DNA from: Felis catus
Lineage: Eukaryota
Length of the DNA: 64,000 nucleotides
Direction of reading: 5' to 3'
NCBI RefSeq assembly: GCF_018350175.1
Contig: NC_058383.1
Coordinates: 3,472,001 to 3,536,000, forward strand
In this document: piece after piece, positions 13,201 to 26,750 of the stretch
How the letters are laid out: every line of letters begins with the position of its first letter
Position numbering within the stretch: position 1 is the first letter of the stretch
Notes under the pieces: model-generated
Told to the model about the DNA's origin: nothing
The model's input: the letters and a program-made list of their open reading frames with translations, nothing else
Databases searched by the model: none
Program-made: the position numbers and the translations under genes

Positions 13201-16200
13201 GCCAAATCCCCCTAGATGTGGGCCTTCCTCCCAACCGAGTCGGCTGCCAGCTGCCTGGATGTAGGTCCTGACCCCCTTCCCCCCCACCAGCTGCCTTTAA
13301 AATTGTAACGTGCGAATGTAAGTTATCAAAATCTACAGTTAGCCATTATCTCCGTCTTCCTCCAGGTGGTGCAGGGTTCTAAAATCCCTTCACTCTGAGC
13401 CAGTTGTACTTGTTATTATGTCCAGTATTTCACATCCACCATGTTTTTCTGTATCCCTAAAGGCTGTAATTATTATGAGCGTCTCCTCCCACAGGCAGCA
13501 CTTGCTTAGATTTTGCGATGGGTTTGGCCACAGCTACATGTCACATTGACATGGGCCTCAAGATACGTCCCTTGCTCCCCGAGCGCTTGGCCGGGCATCT
13601 AAGAAGACAGCTTTTGTGCCGTATCCAGCCCTGCTCTGGCTTTGGGGGTGGGAGGCTAACCTTAAAGGTTATCTAGTCTGCCATACTGCTCGAACGGGAA
13701 GTTCCTGACAAATATTCTCTCTAAGGTGTCTTAAAATTAACTCAGCAAGCCTAACAATTCTGGTAGTGGTACAGATGGTTGAAACTTGAAAACCAAAAGA
13801 GAATTTTTTCCCCCTAAAGTGCATTATCTGAACTGCTTGTGTTTCAGTGTTCCTAAACTGTAAACATTCATCTGTATAAAGAAACCTCGTTCCACACCCC
13901 AGAAGGTAAAGATTAAAGACTTTTCCTGGGCTGCTTAGGACAGAAGACAAGCGATGAGCATTTTACCGCTCTGTGCGCCGGGAGCCCCACATCGCTTCTG
14001 TCACAGAGCCGGCGTGCCCTTCTCTAGTGACCACTTGGCCACGTGAAGAAGATGCCCTTTTCCTCAAACACCTGGATTGACTCCATCAACAGCCCGCTAC
14101 CAAGCTTTATGTCATACTAATCCAGTTTGGGCTGAACGCATTGGACTGGTTCCAAACCTACACTGAGTTATCCCAAGAAAATTTCATAATGGTGCGGCAA
14201 AGGTTAGCACGAATATCCTTTTTTTTTTTTTTTCTTTTGGCCAAACCAATCCTACTTTTATTTGCGACCCGTTCCTACTAACCTCGGAGGCATATAGCAG
14301 AGGGTGTGCCTTGAAAAGTGAACCGATGAGCATCTCCTTAAATGCCTTGGCAGGCGCTTCACCGCTAGGCCAGGGTCCAGTTTTCTGGGAGCTCCAGGCA
14401 GAACATACTCCACTCCACCCACATCACCTGCTAACACTCGCACGGCCCCTCCAGGGGAAGAGCAGGTCTGCAGACCCTCCTCTCGCTCTCAGGGCCAGGA
14501 CTCTGGCCACGAGATCTTTCCAGAAACCCCATCCTGACCCTCTCCTCGTGCCACCCTGGGCATTCACCACCTTTCATGGATCACCTCCGACTCACCCCCC
14601 AGGAAAGTCCACGGACAAGTTCGCCAAGAATACGTGGTGCCCAGATGAAATGGTCGGTGACCTGAGGACAAATGGCACAGGCTTGGGGGTCAGAGAGCCT
14701 GGACCTTGAATCCTAGCTCTACCCATCCCAGCCGGCGGCTGCAGGCAGGCCACCCAGCGCTGGCTCTTTGTCTGTCAAACAGATATTCCTACCCATCTTG
14801 AGGGGTTGCTAGAGAATTCGAACGCTTTGTCATACTTACTTCTCTAAGACACACGTGCCTCTGCTCTCTAGGCAAGAGGCACTTTACAAATGAAATCTCT
14901 TCCGGGTACCTGCCAGCCTGCAGGCGTGTCCCTGACCTGTGCCCCTGTCTTTCGTCTGTACTGCCCGCCCATGTGGTGTTCCCTCCATGAAGCCTCGCTT
15001 CAGCTGGCCCAGCTGCTTCTGCGAAAACATCTCCGTGGGTTCCCTAGGCCAGCCAGGCTCCAACTTTCCTAAACTCAGAACAACAGGGCCCTTGAGACTG
15101 TAGTTGGAATAGGAGAAAGCTTCTGGAACATTCTTCACCTAATTCTCTTTGGACGGATGCAAGCTGAGCCCAGGCTTTCTATGCTGTGAGACTCCAGCAT
15201 CCCCTCTCACAGCTGCTCTGTGCCTGGCGGGGGGCCTGAGTTCAGAGAGGAAAGAGACGCAGGAACACTGGGTCCAGTGAGAAGTCGGCCACTCAACGAC
15301 ATACCACACGGGAAGCAGGGGGCGAGTTCCCAGGGGGCCCCAGGTGCCAGCAGAACACGGGAAGGAGAGACTTCACCGGTTCAGGCGGTGGCAGAGGCCC
15401 GGGAAGGAGATGGCGTCTGCGCCCTGACTCGAGGAACCAGGAAGGTGGGTCGTGGCAGGCGATGGCTGAGCGGCCTTCCAGGTGTGAGGCTTTGGGTCTT
15501 ACCAAACGCTTTGTGGCAGGAGAGCATCGTTTTCTTCCCTTTGACCCACTTCTCAATCATACGGTCTTTGCAGAAAAGTTTCCTTTAGATTCTGACTGCT
15601 TTTAAAGCGCACCGGGAGGCTCGTATTACTTGGCGTTATCTTCAGTGAATTATGGGATAAAAGATCCTCGGAGCAATGCATTGAAGGGCCGCGTGATAAG
15701 CTGATGCTCAGATGTGGGTTCAAGTTGTAGAAAGCAGCTTCTATAGGTATTTCTCGTTCGGTAACGCTTTGCTTAATTAGTAACCTTTGACTATAGAGCG
15801 AGCAAAACACCTCTTCCCCTGTTTCTATGGCACGCATAGAAGGGGAAAATGCAAATGTTCTATGTTCTCATTTGCCGCTCCGTTCCTGCTTGCCTTCTCG
15901 GCACCCCTGCCGACCCCTGCCGTCTGCAGCCATTTGCTGTGCTCTAATAGCCAAAATAACATCTAGTCTTCTCAAAAGGTTGCTTCGAGCAGGTCCCCTG
16001 TACTGAAGATTGCTGGTGATACAGATAAAGCTGTTTCCATCCCGAAAACGGGGAGGGGAGAAGAGCCCACTTAGTGCTTATTTGTGCATAATAGTACCAT
16101 TTTCTTAAAAGGAACTCTTGTAGAGCGTGTTACGGGCTAATAAAATAAAGCACACGCCTGCCGACTGAGGTCTCCCGGTAACTAAAGAGTAGCGGAGACG

Positions 16201-16819
16201 GAACAGGTGGGGCGTCAGGGATGCCCCAGGTGGCCCCGATGTCCACGGCAGTGGCATGTGGAGAGACTTTCCTGGAAGAATCTGAGGTGCCGAGCAAGGT
16301 TCTCTGCTTCCCGGGGCACTTCCTGCCGAGGGACTGGATCTCGGGCTGGCGAGGGGACGGCCAGGCTTCGTTTTCTTTCCCGTTGGCTGGCGGGCTCACC
16401 TGTGAGCGCGGCTCCCCGGCAAGCATATCCCAGCCTGCCGAGCCACGGCCTCTCTCAGCGAATCTCTGCCAGCGGCGAGCTGCAGGGAAAATGTCCAGGT
16501 GGACGAGTGCGTCGACTTTCTCTTAAGCTGATGCCCGCGCAGCCCCGGTGTTTCCCTTCGTGCCCACGCTGCCCGGGGCTTTAGGCCAAGCGTGACCTGA
16601 GAATCCTGGGGCCGTAGCTCTTCGCCACTCCCTTCAGCTGGATGTGCCTCCCGTCTGCACCTTTGGCCACTCCTTGTGGTCGAGTCCTTGCCACGCCCGT
16701 GCTCTGCCAAACCGTAGCCTCTGGGGAAGATACAGCCCTGCCTCTGACAAATAGGAGAGAGACTGATGTCCAGCCGTGCAGGGGAAGCAGACGGCTGCAG
16801 GCCTCAGAGGAGGCTGAGG

Positions 16820-17035
16820 TTTTTAAAAAAATTTTTAATGATTATTTATTTTTGAGAGAGAGAGAGAGCATGAGCAGGGGAGGGGCAGAGAGAGAGAGGG
16901 AGACACAGAATCGGAAGCAGGCTCCAGGCTCTGAGCTGTCAGCAAGAGGCCAACGCGGGGCTCAAACCCATGAACCACGAGATTATGACATAGGCCGAAG
17001 TCGGATGTTTAACCGACTGAGCCACCCAGGCGCCT
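16820..17035 (-). mobile_element. Can-SINE
   Basis: Reverse-complement head (gccacccaggcgcc), (GA)n, T tail; TSD gaggaggctga at 16807 and 17037. Confidence 0.93.
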
Positions 17036-19544
17036 GGAGGAGGCTGAATTTATGAAGACGTTGCATTTGAAAGTAGGAGTTGTGTACTATTTTCAGCGTC
17101 TTCTTCCCTTTAAGAGCCCACCCGAATGTTAAAGAGCAAACCTGGAAATATGGAGGCTGAGATACTAGGATTTTGCAATAAAATACTTAGAGCTGCAGCT
17201 TTGCCCTTGACCTTTGTAGGATGGGCAGGACGGGTAAGGACCTGTGGGGTCCGTATGGCCGGAGGCCAGACCAGGAAGGGACAGGCCGACTGGCAAAGCA
17301 CAGCGCCAAAGCAGGAGCATAGGCGCATTGCTGACAAGCCAGGCTCCAGGCTGATGGGCATAGGGGAGTCCGCAGCGCTGGCTGGCGGCCGACTGTGGTC
17401 ACCGGCACCCTGCTGCATGGTGGGAGTAGCAGTGCATTGAAAGCATGGCACTCACACGTATTAAGCACTTAATAAATGGAAGCGCATAATCAAAATAAGG
17501 CAAACGTTTGAGGAAAGACTGTGTTCCTGGGGAGGCCCGTGGTGAGGATGCAGGGCCACACCCGGAAACACCTGGAAAGTCAGGCAGGCCCAGGCCAGAG
17601 TGGGCCCAGGGCCCAGGCGAGCTCAGGGCGGGAGGTACTCCATGCCCAGAGAACCGAGGAGGGCTGGGTCCCCTGTGACGTGGGGCCTGCAGTCGGGAAA
17701 AGGCCCAAGCTCCTGGCGTTGGCAGGCAGCCCGGGCTCGAGCGCCCAGAGGGTCAGCTGGGGGTCAAGCCGCCGGTACTTAGAACTCACTCAGGAGCAAC
17801 CCAAATCCACGCTTGAAAAATGTTAAGTCCGGCAATCCCTGGCCTCCTTTTCCTGGTATAAATTATGCCACGAATGGCAACAGAGCTCCCCCACCAGCCC
17901 TTGGTGGCTCCCAGCTTCCCCCGGCCTGAAGGGCACAGGCCACCTGAGCGCACAGAGGGACTGCCTATTCCGCACCCATCATCCAACGCAGCCGGGATAC
18001 CGGGCTCCAAGTCCTAACTGGGGGGTGAGGCAGACGGGCCAAGAGGGCCCAGAGCCTCTCCCCCTGTTCCGTTCCCGCAGAAAGGTTCTTCTTGGTTTGT
18101 TACGCGGTCACAGGGTCCCCAGAGACCGAACGTAAGCTCGGCGAGACCGGGCACCTTGTCTGTCCTGTTGTGGCCGCTCACCTGGGACCCAGGCAGGCTG
18201 GCTGTGTGGGAGGAGGGTGCCCGGAAAGCCTGCTGGGGGCAGGTCACTGCACAAGCGCCTACTCGTGGGCGAGCCTCCGTGTTCTCGCAGCGTTTCCTGT
18301 CCTTTCCTAACCATCCACCTGGCTCCTGTCCCCTCTTCCAGCGTGTCCCGTCTGCAGCAGGGTCACAGGCCAGACGTTTTTTGCCTCATCACTCGGAGAT
18401 CTATAGGTGGGGACTTGTAATCACTAATTATATCTCCCCCTTCCCTCATTAGGGATGGAGGTTAGAGCCGTTTGTGGCCCTTCTCAGGCGTATCTGTCAG
18501 CAGCTCAGCTGTAATAAACTCTGACTAGTTGAATTTCTTTCTCATAATAGGAAGAAAAAGAGTGACATTAGTTCTAAATTGTCTGTAGAGTATGCAAAGG
18601 AGGGCTGTCACCAGTTCTAATGGCTCCTTCAATGATGACGCGGTCACCTGCGTAATGTGCCAAGGTGGGCTCCTCTTTGTTCCGGGACAACGTGTCTGGC
18701 TCAGCGTTGAGGCACAGCCGTGCTAGGTGACTGCGACGTCACTCGCGGATATTTCAAAGTGTTTATTGTTTGCTTGGTTGTGCCTGATGACACCCTGACA
18801 ATGACTTTTCTCCCTTATTTCTTGACCAGCCTGGGAAATCCATACAAGATGAACGGCTTGAACCAGCCTTCTTGTTCATTAGTCTATCGGATCCTTTTAG
18901 GTCCTATTACGGGACTTTTAAAAATACCACAGAGCAGCACATATCATGGCATCAGTGACAGTGCAGGTAGGGACCTAGGGAAATGTTTTATCATGTCATT
19001 TTCCGGAAAGAGAGGTCAACACGTATAGAAATCACAACTGTGAAACCAAATTAAGTTTTACGAGGGTAATATTTTTCTACTCATCTTGAGGACCGCTCTA
19101 AACCTTTCATCCTAATTCTCCTGTTGGATTTTTAGGTTCACCCATATTCCATTTTTTCAGGCCCCAGGTTTTATATTTGTGTCATTCAGTCACCCGTTCA
19201 TCCAGCAGACATTTAGGAAGCACCTCCTGTTTTACAGGTTTCCGGTCTGGTGCCCAACTCCAAGTTACAAAGACTTCCAGAACCTCACAGCCCGGGGTGG
19301 GGGTGGGGGTAGGGGCATGGGCGGGACGGCGGGCACGTAATCTGGTTCACGCGGATGAGACCTGCTGTTAAGAGAGAGCCCGAAAGCAAATGGGGGCCTG
19401 GCCTGAACAGCCGAGGAGGGCTCCACGGAGGCGAGGTTGGCGCCGGGCGCTGCAGGGTGAGAAGGGCGTTCTGAGCAGAGACAACAGCCGCGCAAAAGGC
19501 AGAGTTGGAAAATTACGTGGCACCTCTTGTTTTAAAATACAAAC

Positions 19545-19900
19545 TTAGTTTTTATTCAGGTGTGGCGAGGCCACCAGGTCAGGAGATGACTCACTGAAAA
19601 AACAGTCTTTATTGACCGTTCCCAGAGGAGGGGGCACGGGATGCCACACGGGGCCACAGGGGGAAGCCCCAGGGCCGGTCAGGAGGCCAGGGGTGGTGGC
19701 GCTTGGGCGAGAGCCTTACTCTGGTTTCTGCGGGAAGGAGTGGGGAGGCGGGAGGGCGGGCTGAGGCCTGGCCAGCTTGAGTAATGCGAGAGGCTCCGGG
19801 GCACAGGTCCCTGGCCCTGGGTGATGAGGGCAGGGGGACGGTGGCCCAGAACTCGGGAGCCCCCTGGAGGAGGGGATACAGTGTGGGCTATGGACCCAAA
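19545..19900 (-). mobile_element. ERVL-type LTR fragment (MER21/MER77-like)
   Basis: tttattcaggtgtggcgaggcca...caggagatgac...cccagaggagggggcac...ggtttctgcgggaagga resembles this family. Confidence 0.55.
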
Positions 19901-22900
19901 GCTGTGTCACAGGCGAGTTGTTTGCTCTCTCTAGGCCTCGGCTGCGTGCCTCCTGGGGCAGCCGCTCCAGGGTCCGCAGGGCCCCAGAGGTCAGGGGTCA
20001 GATGCAGAAACTGGAAACGTGGCTGGTGCACCTGCGGGGGGCGGCTGCAGGGAAGGGGTGTGCCCAGGCACAGTGGGAGGGAGGGGTGAGGGGTGCGGGG
20101 GTTCGTGTGAACGGCCTGGTGAGTTTCTGCAGTGAAAGCATCATGGGAAACTGCACCTCCTGGTGTCCGAGCAGGGTGCCTCGGAGATGACTTCCGGGGG
20201 AGAGTCATTTCCGTCCTCACTTTACAGGCAAGGCTGAGGTCCCCGCATCACAAAGCAGGCGGCAGGTAGCAGGCCGGTTCTCACGCCCCCGTGCCTTTCG
20301 CGACCTTCCCCCTGCACGCCACTCGGAGAGTGGGGGCCCAAGTCCTCGCCGGCATTTCAGGATCTTGGGAAGTGGCACAGGGAGGTGTGGGTGTCCCGTT
20401 TGTCCGTGAGAGGGGTTGTATCTGATGGGAGAGAAGGGACAGATGCAGAGGAGGCCACCTGCACGGGCTGGGGAGAGACTGTGGGGGGATGGCCCGGTCC
20501 CCAGGCTGCATACAACCGGCCCCCAGACCCCGGGCAGCCGAGCTCAGAACCCGGGCTCCAGAGCAGGGACTGTCCTGGGTGCACAGATGGCCTACGGGAG
20601 AAGCCTCTTCATGGGAGGGGAAGGCTTCATGGGAAAACCGTCCCCAGAAGGCTCTTTCAGGTGGGGGCACATTTGGGGACTGTGTATAAAGTGGGGGAAC
20701 CCTGGGGGGGGCCACAGGAGGCAACACAGGGAGGACTGGGTGGGACGAGGCACAGACGAGGGGCAGGAGCAGGCAGCAGCAGGGATGACCTTGGAGCTCC
20801 CCCGCGCAGAGTGCCCTGTCACGGCTGCAGCATTTGGGGGCCTGTACTTGAGGGACATACCCAGGTGCTCTGCACAGGGTGACTGACGAGGAGCCAGCTC
20901 TTTCACCGAGAGGCAGGTCAGGGCGCCGCCAGATTGGTGGCTTTCCAACCGCCGGTCAGGGATGCGACTCCCCAGGCCAGTGAGCACGCAGACCCTGCGC
21001 CCAGCCGTCGGCAGCCCCGAACCTTTGGTCTTAAGGCAGGGAGGCTCTTACGAGCAAGCACATTCTGCTGTGTTCAGTTCGCTGACTATACCACCTATCG
21101 GAGTAGTTCGAGCAACAGGTCAGGAGTTTCTATGCCAGGTCCCGTCCCTGGAGTCAAGCAGCCATGAGAGGCTGCAGGGCGGCCTGCCTGCGAGCACCGG
21201 GCAGGGTGGGAGGGAGCGGGACGGGGAGCCGGGGTGGGGGCAGAACAGGTGCTGTCGCAGGAGGGTCAGGTCTGAGGCGCTAGCTCAGACGTGAGCAGAA
21301 CTTAGAAACGTCCACCCGGTAGTCAGGACAAAGGCAGGCCACACACAGGGGTCTGAGCCACCCGAGCAGGGACGCCGAACGCTAGGAGGAAGGAGACCGA
21401 CGCCGAGGGAGGCCAAGGAGGAGGGCGGGACACACCTGCAGGGACACTGCATTTGGGTGTCACTGGGGCAAAGGAGGAACCAGAGAAGACAAAGCTGGAA
21501 AGCCAGAGGGGGGGCAGGAGAACCCAGCGTCCTTGAGGCCGCACATGGTAGGAGACCCAGCGGTCACGTCACAGCCCTGCTTCTGCAGACGGAGGGAATG
21601 TTAAACAATTACAAAAGAATAAATAAGTAACCAGCGGGCACAGCTGTGAACAGGAGGGAGGACTGGGGATCCCGGCTCGGGCTGTTGCAGAGCCTGAACC
21701 CTCCTCGGTCAAGTGCAGGTACGATGCCCCCCCAAGGACTCATCAGGGTTCCAGACGGACGGACGGCCTAAGCCCCTTCCTGGTCGTGCGCGACTGGCCA
21801 GCAGAGCCATGCGGAGATGCCCCGTCTGTCCCGCGTCCTCACCGGGGCGCTTCATTTGGCTGGGGTGCGGGGGACGCCGCTCAGAGCAAGAGGGGCCTTG
21901 GTAGCCGTGGAAGTTGCTGGACACGCAAGTTTTCCTGCTGACACCAGAGTTCCAGCCAGCAGGGTGCACTTGGCCTGGCAGAGTTCCCTGGAATGAATTC
22001 TTGAAGAGTCTTTTCCCTCTCTTAGCTGTAGGTGAAAGGAGAGTGTTCTCATGCCACCAACCCCCCCCCCACCACCACCTCTCCCGGCACAGCCGCCCGT
22101 TCCTATGCGTCCTCTCCCTTTGCCGGTACGTTTCAGAGGATGAGGTTAATGACCGTCCTGGGAGCAGCCATTCCTCTGGCCTCCAGGGCCCCAGCGGGAT
22201 GTTGGGGGTCCTGCCCGGGCAGGCTGGCTTCCGCTCGACTTCTCAGAGGCCCGCTGGCTGCAGGCTGTCCTAGGGCAGACGGCTCCCGTTCTGATGGAAA
22301 ACCCGAGTTGGCGAGGGCGGTGGGCTCTGGGACCCCCCAGGCATTAAATGAGCACCTGTGTCCCAAGGAGCCCAGCCCCCCAGCCAGACAGGGAGGCGGA
22401 GGAGCCAGTGAGAGCCCTCCAGGAGGAACGTGGCTTTTGGAAGGACAGCAGTTCCTTAATGGATCCTCACGACCACCCCCTGATGAGTGGTGTTTGAAAT
22501 GCGTGGCATTTCTGCTTTTGTATTAAGTATTGTAAAGTGCTATTTGTTAGCTTTAAAAGAAGAAGGAGAAGAAGAAGAAAACCGTCAAAATCCCAGCTTC
22601 CCCGTGGAGCTCTGATTTGTTTCATCTTTAAAGAGCACTGCCACACTGTATGTCCAGCACATCATTAGTGAACAGCTAGTTACTTCTAGAACACTCCGTC
22701 GTGATGGTTTTGAAATCTCACTAGAGAGCCGGAGGAGCCCAGCAAGCAAAAGACTTCTGTTCCTCGCGAAAAAGAATTCTGGTCGCTTCAGATCAAAATG
22801 TAAACCCTTTATTATAGAAACTTAAGCATTCCTCCTCCCCTGCTTCGGAGATCCGTAAGTAAAATTACATTTTCGGTAATAATTTGCTTTTGGAGCTCAG

Positions 22901-23129
22901 CGCAAGACAACCTCGTTTCAGTACTGATTTTGAAATCCTGCACATTTGTATATGAAGCCAACAGGTTGGGACGGCTCCTGGGGGTGACGCCCGGGGGGGG
23001 GGCCGGGAGGGGTGAGACCCTGAACCTGACTGGGGGCTCTCATGCAGACAAAAGGGAAAACAAACATGGCAAGTCACCTCAGTAAGGAGGCAGAGGGGCA
23101 CTGCCTGTCCTTTCGGTGAAGCGCTGGAC

Positions 23130-23354
23130 CAGGGGTTGGCAAACTTTTCCTGTGAAGGGCCCGATAGTTAATCCTTTAGGCCTTCGGGCAGACAGTCTCC
23201 GCTGTAACCAAGCAGCTTTGCTCTGGCAGCATAGAAGCAGCCATTGGCAGGAACCAAACCACCGAGTGTGGTCGTGTCCCAATAAAACTTTATTGACAAA
23301 AACGGGAGGAGGTGGGCCGGATTTGGCCCTCGGGCCGTAGCGGGCTGGTCCCTG
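23130..23354. mobile_element. hAT-Charlie MITE (MER58A-like)
   Basis: caggggttggcaaacttttcctgtgaagggcc...ccaataaaactttattgacaaaaac...ggatttggccctcgggccgtag...ccctg with terminal inverted ends. Confidence 0.85.
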
Positions 23355-23549
23355 TCCTGGGGTCTGGTTTCATGAGCTTGCCTACGGCTCGTCTGTCCTC
23401 AGGACTGTGATTGTGTTTGTCTTACTATTTATGATTTGGCTCAGGCTCTGTGAAGTTAGATGTTCTAAGTTAGAACTTAGAGAAGATTGAAAGTTCCGCA
23501 CCCAGAGGTTAGGGTTGCCGTGCTCTTGTAACCGGTTTTACTTCTAATT

Positions 23550-23566
23550 TTGCCATCTTGTGGCAA
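23550..23566 (-). promoter_or_regulatory. Candidate CTCF site
   Basis: Minus strand TTGCCACAAGATGGCA matches the core CCASNAGRKGGCR. Confidence 0.45.
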
Positions 23567-26171
23567 AACGTGTGTCCTCGTTGGTGGAGTCCTTGCGCTT
23601 TGACTCTGGTATTCTCTGAACCAGTTTCAGCACCTTGCTGGTTCCCTCACCAACAAGCAAAAGGAATCTTTGACCTGTACTGTGTATTCATAGGAGAGTC
23701 ATGTTTTTAAAAGGATATGACAGGCAGGAGGAACGCTGTATCTCAGGGACACAGAAGATGCCCTGAGAGGGCAGAATGAGTGGCGTGGGGGCAGGGGCGT
23801 TCCTGGATGCTTCCCAAAGGCCCGGATGCTCTGCAGCTTCTAGAGGAGCTCATGGGCTGCAAGGACAGGAATGGGGAGGGGGCACACTTTCGAGGGCGGG
23901 AAGAGCCTTTGCAAGGTGCAGGTGTTTGCGACTAAGTGACGCCTCCGGGTAACGACAGACTGGCTTTGCAGGGAGAAGTGGCGGGCAGAGCCAAACAGAG
24001 CCACGCGGCGCCCACCTGGGCTCGCCACTAATTTGGCACCCGTTCAAATCCAGGTGGTTTAAAAAGGAGACGGAGCATTCCATGGGAAGGCAGGGAACTG
24101 TGACCTTGGGTGTCCCCATCCATTCATCCTAGCCCTACAGCCGGAGGCTCCCCTCCGCAAAACAGAAGCCCTGCCCTCGACCCACAGTGACCTTCTCAGA
24201 AGGCGTGTTAGGCATGGCTGGGAACATGGCGGCAGGGCCTGGGAGCTCTCTCTGCAGAGGCTCTCCAGTGCGGAGTGGCATTCTTTCCCAGGAACGCTAA
24301 GCGGGTGTCATCTTGCCGGCCCCTCACGTTTCCCAGCCGTGGGGCTAATGCAGCTGCGGGCCAGGGCCCCCGGGGGACCACGCCAGCCGGTTCCTGCCTT
24401 TGCAACCTCCACGGATGCCTTGCAGTGTTTCTCCAGTAGCGTATAAGGAGGCCTTGCCAGTTCCTCTCCCGTCTTCTCAATCATGTGAGCGGAACAGGCT
24501 AGAAACCCAGGGCAGGCGACCCCTGCTGACCCCGCTGAGGCCGTGTGCTGAGCCCCGGCAACCACGGTGGCTGCATGGCCAAGGGCACGCTCCGAGCCCC
24601 CGGTGCCCATTCAGGCCAGTGACGTCCACGGGGTCAGGGCAGTCACCGGGCCGGCAGATGAACGCTTTAGGCCAGTGAGGCAACCAGACAGATGGAATCC
24701 AAACACGCCAGACTTTGAGGCCAAAAGCCTGCCACCACCAAGCCCTGTCGTTTCTTAGCCCGGGGTATTTCTCTACACCAGGACCTCAGACAAAGCAGCC
24801 ATGGATGGAGGGGTGGGGCTGGGGACACAGGGAGATAGCAGGAAGGAGTGCCTTCGCAGAAGCACAGGGGCCCCCACGGTGGGGCCTGGGGATTTGGTCC
24901 ACAAATGGCACTTGCCGTGCGTGTCCTCCCTCCATGCGCACAGACACGTCAGGACAACAGTGCTCCGGGGCAGCACTCGTGCCCCGGTTCCTGGTGGTGG
25001 TGAGCAGGTGCCCACGGCCCACACCTGCCTCTGTCACTCGGTGCCCCGAGCGCCGGCCGCCCTGCTCCCCAGCACCCTCTGAGGCGTCTCCGTAGGGGCT
25101 CAAACAGGAGATAAAAGGTCTTGAACTGACTCTCCTAAAACCGAAGTCATCTCTTCCCTTTTTCCTTTCATCCTCCTTTCCGTTTTTCCCCCTAAACTTG
25201 TCTTACAAGAAATGGTACAAGTGCTGCAGTTCAGTCTCCCGAGGGTCCCTTTCACGGAGAGGAGCTCACCTGTCACCTCGGACTCAGAAACCACGACACC
25301 CTGCCGTGAGGCCCAGATCGAGGGGGGTCCCTGACACTCAGTACAGTTCGGCTGAACTGTTAGCGTTTTGACTTTGAGGCGCGCCTACATCTTGTTAACG
25401 TCTAGAACGGTGCTGAGCAGACAGTGTGGTCCCAGCCCTCCCGCCACCCCCGCCTCCCCTCCCTGCCGCTCCGTGTGGTCCCCTCTACGCGGGGCAGAAC
25501 CGCGGCAGACCCTCCCAAGTCTGGGGCACAGCTGTGGTTTTCCTCCCGCCCTGTAGTTCATCTGCCAGCTCCCCTCCTTCACCCCCCGGATTCGTGCAGG
25601 GTCTGCCCCTGGCTGGACGCCGGGCCACGGGCAGGGCTCCTGAGCGGACATTGGTGCGCTCCCTGACACCACACGGCGGGGGCTCGCCTCCGTTTGCCCG
25701 GCCGCGTTGCACGGACCCAGGCCATGGTCAGTACTGGCCAGTCTTCCCCTTTGGGCCCCTTCCACATCACGGGCATAGAGGAGGAGGCCGGTGGCGGCCC
25801 TGGGCCCTGGGGGCACTTAGTGCTGTCTGTTTCTGCAGCCCCTCCAAGCCAGGTTAGCCTAGACCCTCCCTTCTCCAACACAGGCGTTCTGTGCACCATC
25901 GTCGACGTACGTCTGCTCTCTCCCTCTTTCACCTCTGTGTCTCTGCGGGCTCCGGTGGGGGCCCCCGTGCTGATGACTGGGGGAGACTAGCCTCCACCGG
26001 CCCAAGGGTCCTGGAGGCTACCCACCTGTCCCCAGCTGTGCCGACTCCATCATCTTTTCCTGATTTCACTGCCCATTCGGCTGCCCTGCTGCTTTTCTGA
26101 CTCCCGGGCCGTGCATCGACTCTGACCTCCGGATCTTTCTCCACCACACGTTTTTGACCAGTCATCCCACC

Positions 26172-26750
26172 TTTTATTTTAACTTTTTTGATTTTTTAAA
26201 CGGAGTTGAAATTCACGTAACATAAAGTTAACCGTGTCAAAGTACACAGTTCACACGTTAGTGCGTTCACGATGTTGCTCAACACCCGGTCCCGGAACGT
26301 TCTCATCACCGCGAGAGGAAGTCCCGTACCCGTGAAGCAGTCACTCACCCTTCCCTCCTTGCGGCCCCTGGCACCCACCGATCTGCTTCCTGACTCTGGA
26401 TTTACCTTTTCTGGGAACTGCATGAAATGCAGTCGTACGATATGTGGCCTTTGGGGTCTGGCTTCGTTCACTTACCATCACGTTTTCGAGGTTCACCCAC
26501 CTTGTAGGTTGTAGGTTCCTTTCTACAGCTGCACAGTCCACGGTGTGGGCGCACTGTAGCTGTTGATCCGCGCGTCCGCCCATGGGCCCCTGTGTGGCCT
26601 TCCCCTGTGGCCAGAGCTGCCGTGAACACGTGCACCCGTGTACCTGCTAGAGGACCAGCTTCCGGGCGTCCCCCTGGGAGCAGAACTGCTGGCCCATATG
26701 GTCGTCCTCTGTTTAACTTCTCGAGGAACGGCCAGACTCTCCGTGCTTTC
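26172..26750 (-). mobile_element. L1MB-like 3' end fragment
   Basis: gaaattcacgtaacataaagttaacc...ggcccctggcacccaccgatctgctt...ctggcttcgttcactta...tgtttaacttctcgaggaacggccagac. Confidence 0.8.
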
